A stretch of 64,000 bases of DNA from positions 44,339,591-44,403,590 of the forward strand of contig NC_068989.1 in assembly GCF_001194135.2 (NCBI RefSeq), in the 5' to 3' direction. The translations under genes were made by a program, and so were the position numbers. Position 1 is the first letter of the stretch. The number at the start of each line of letters is the position of its first letter. The notes below the pieces were generated by a model. That model saw only the letters and a program-made list of their open reading frames with translations, made no database searches and was not told the origin of the DNA. Below, one piece after another: positions 63,104 to 64,000 of the stretch. This stretch comes from Octopus bimaculoides. Its lineage: Eukaryota.

Positions 63104-64000
63104 CAAATGAGGTACTGAACCTCTTACAACAATTACAAATTGAGGTGCTGAGTTTCTTATCAATCAAATCTCACGAAAGTTCAGCAATTGTATTCAATCG
63201 TTCTTTCAAATTGAGGCGCTAAGCCTCTTACCAAAATCACCAAGTTCAAATTGAGGCACTAAGACCTCTTACTCTACCTCCCCGACTAAATCTCTTGCCG
63301 CCTGCAGGCAATCCTGCAGTCGCAAATCGGGGCCCCATAAGTAAAAATTGTATTCGTCTTTGGTAAAGGAGTCCATCACCCTGAAGAAATCATTTTCCGC
63401 CATGACCTCCGCAGTCACCTGCAGAGGCCAATCCGGGCTTTCAGTGCAGGACAGGACCTCCTCTTCCCGACCTTCCAGATTCCACACAAAGTTATCTACG
63501 GCCCCTCCCTTAAGAAAGAAGATCACAAATTCCTCATTCATTATACTGGGAGTGGGGATACAGTTTCCTCCGTCGGTGGCACAATTCCCACCGACGAGGT
63601 TTCAGGACATACCGGCAGTGTACTGCTAACCGCCGGCACTGTCCCATTCTTTTTCTTGTCTTTGATACGGGAGGGTGTAGTTCCTCTGCTTTAATTGGAG
63701 GATCATCCCTCTCACCCGCAGCTTTGGGGTCCTTCGGTAGGCAATCATTGTTGCCCACCTTCTTCCTTTTTTCCCCTTTTTTCCGGGGAGGTCTCCACCT
63801 CCTCGACTACTTCCATCTCTCCCTCTGAAGGAGGAGGGGGAGATCTTCCTCAACCAACTGTTCCAGGACCCTACTCTGGTCCTGGGACAGTTCTTTTTAA
63901 TGTGCCCTGGTTCTAGGCACAGGTGACACTTGGGGGGAGAGGCGTCCCTCAAGTATCATTGGGTACCTGCAGCCAGCCATTTTCAAAAAATCTGGAAAGA
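63104..64000 (-). mobile_element. gag-like ORF1 element (runs off the window end), frameshifted, 3' UTR with repeated hairpins
   Basis: LEGRLSPKCHLCLEPGHIKKNCP; downstream ORF 63269-63541; four TAAGAGGN7-8CCTCAATTTG-type units. Confidence 0.7.

Noticed and set aside
63104-63271. CRISPR-like repeat-spacer array
   Set aside because: Eukaryotic context, spacers of 9-47 nt, degenerate repeats, no cas genes; treated as UTR hairpin repeats.

Overview
Eukaryotic, AT-rich, gapped draft-assembly DNA, most likely an octopus genome. That organism call is an inference from the SINE families, the dense microsatellites and the transposon mix. I found no host protein-coding gene I can support; most entries in the ORF track are translations of microsatellites, SINEs or N gaps. 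The window is a transposable-element graveyard. It holds four tRNA-derived SINE families, mariner and Tc1 elements (one triple-nested), a Chapaev3-type transposase, Helitron fragments and a hAT-like MITE with internal TTAGGG repeats. It also holds three restriction-like-endonuclease (RLE) non-LTR fragments (two Hero-like), a Tx1/L1 ORF2 fragment and a Gypsy pol fragment. Three things stand out. (1) Hammerhead-ribozyme motifs: two conventional type I motifs with palindromic stem III (8.9 kb, 17.9 kb), and two unrelated repeats (48.5/49.3 kb, 57.6 kb) carrying all hammerhead modules in a non-circularly permuted order, with compensatory changes between copies. (2) Five copies of a gag-like (CCHC) ORF1-type element with no adjacent ORF2; its 3' tail is shared with a SINE and with a TSD-flanked truncated insertion. 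(3) A locally amplified unit of about 400 bp (six copies, 45.8-58.4 kb) with conserved microexon/mini-intron-like GT/AG signals. All family assignments come from motif recognition only, and boundaries of degraded elements are approximate.
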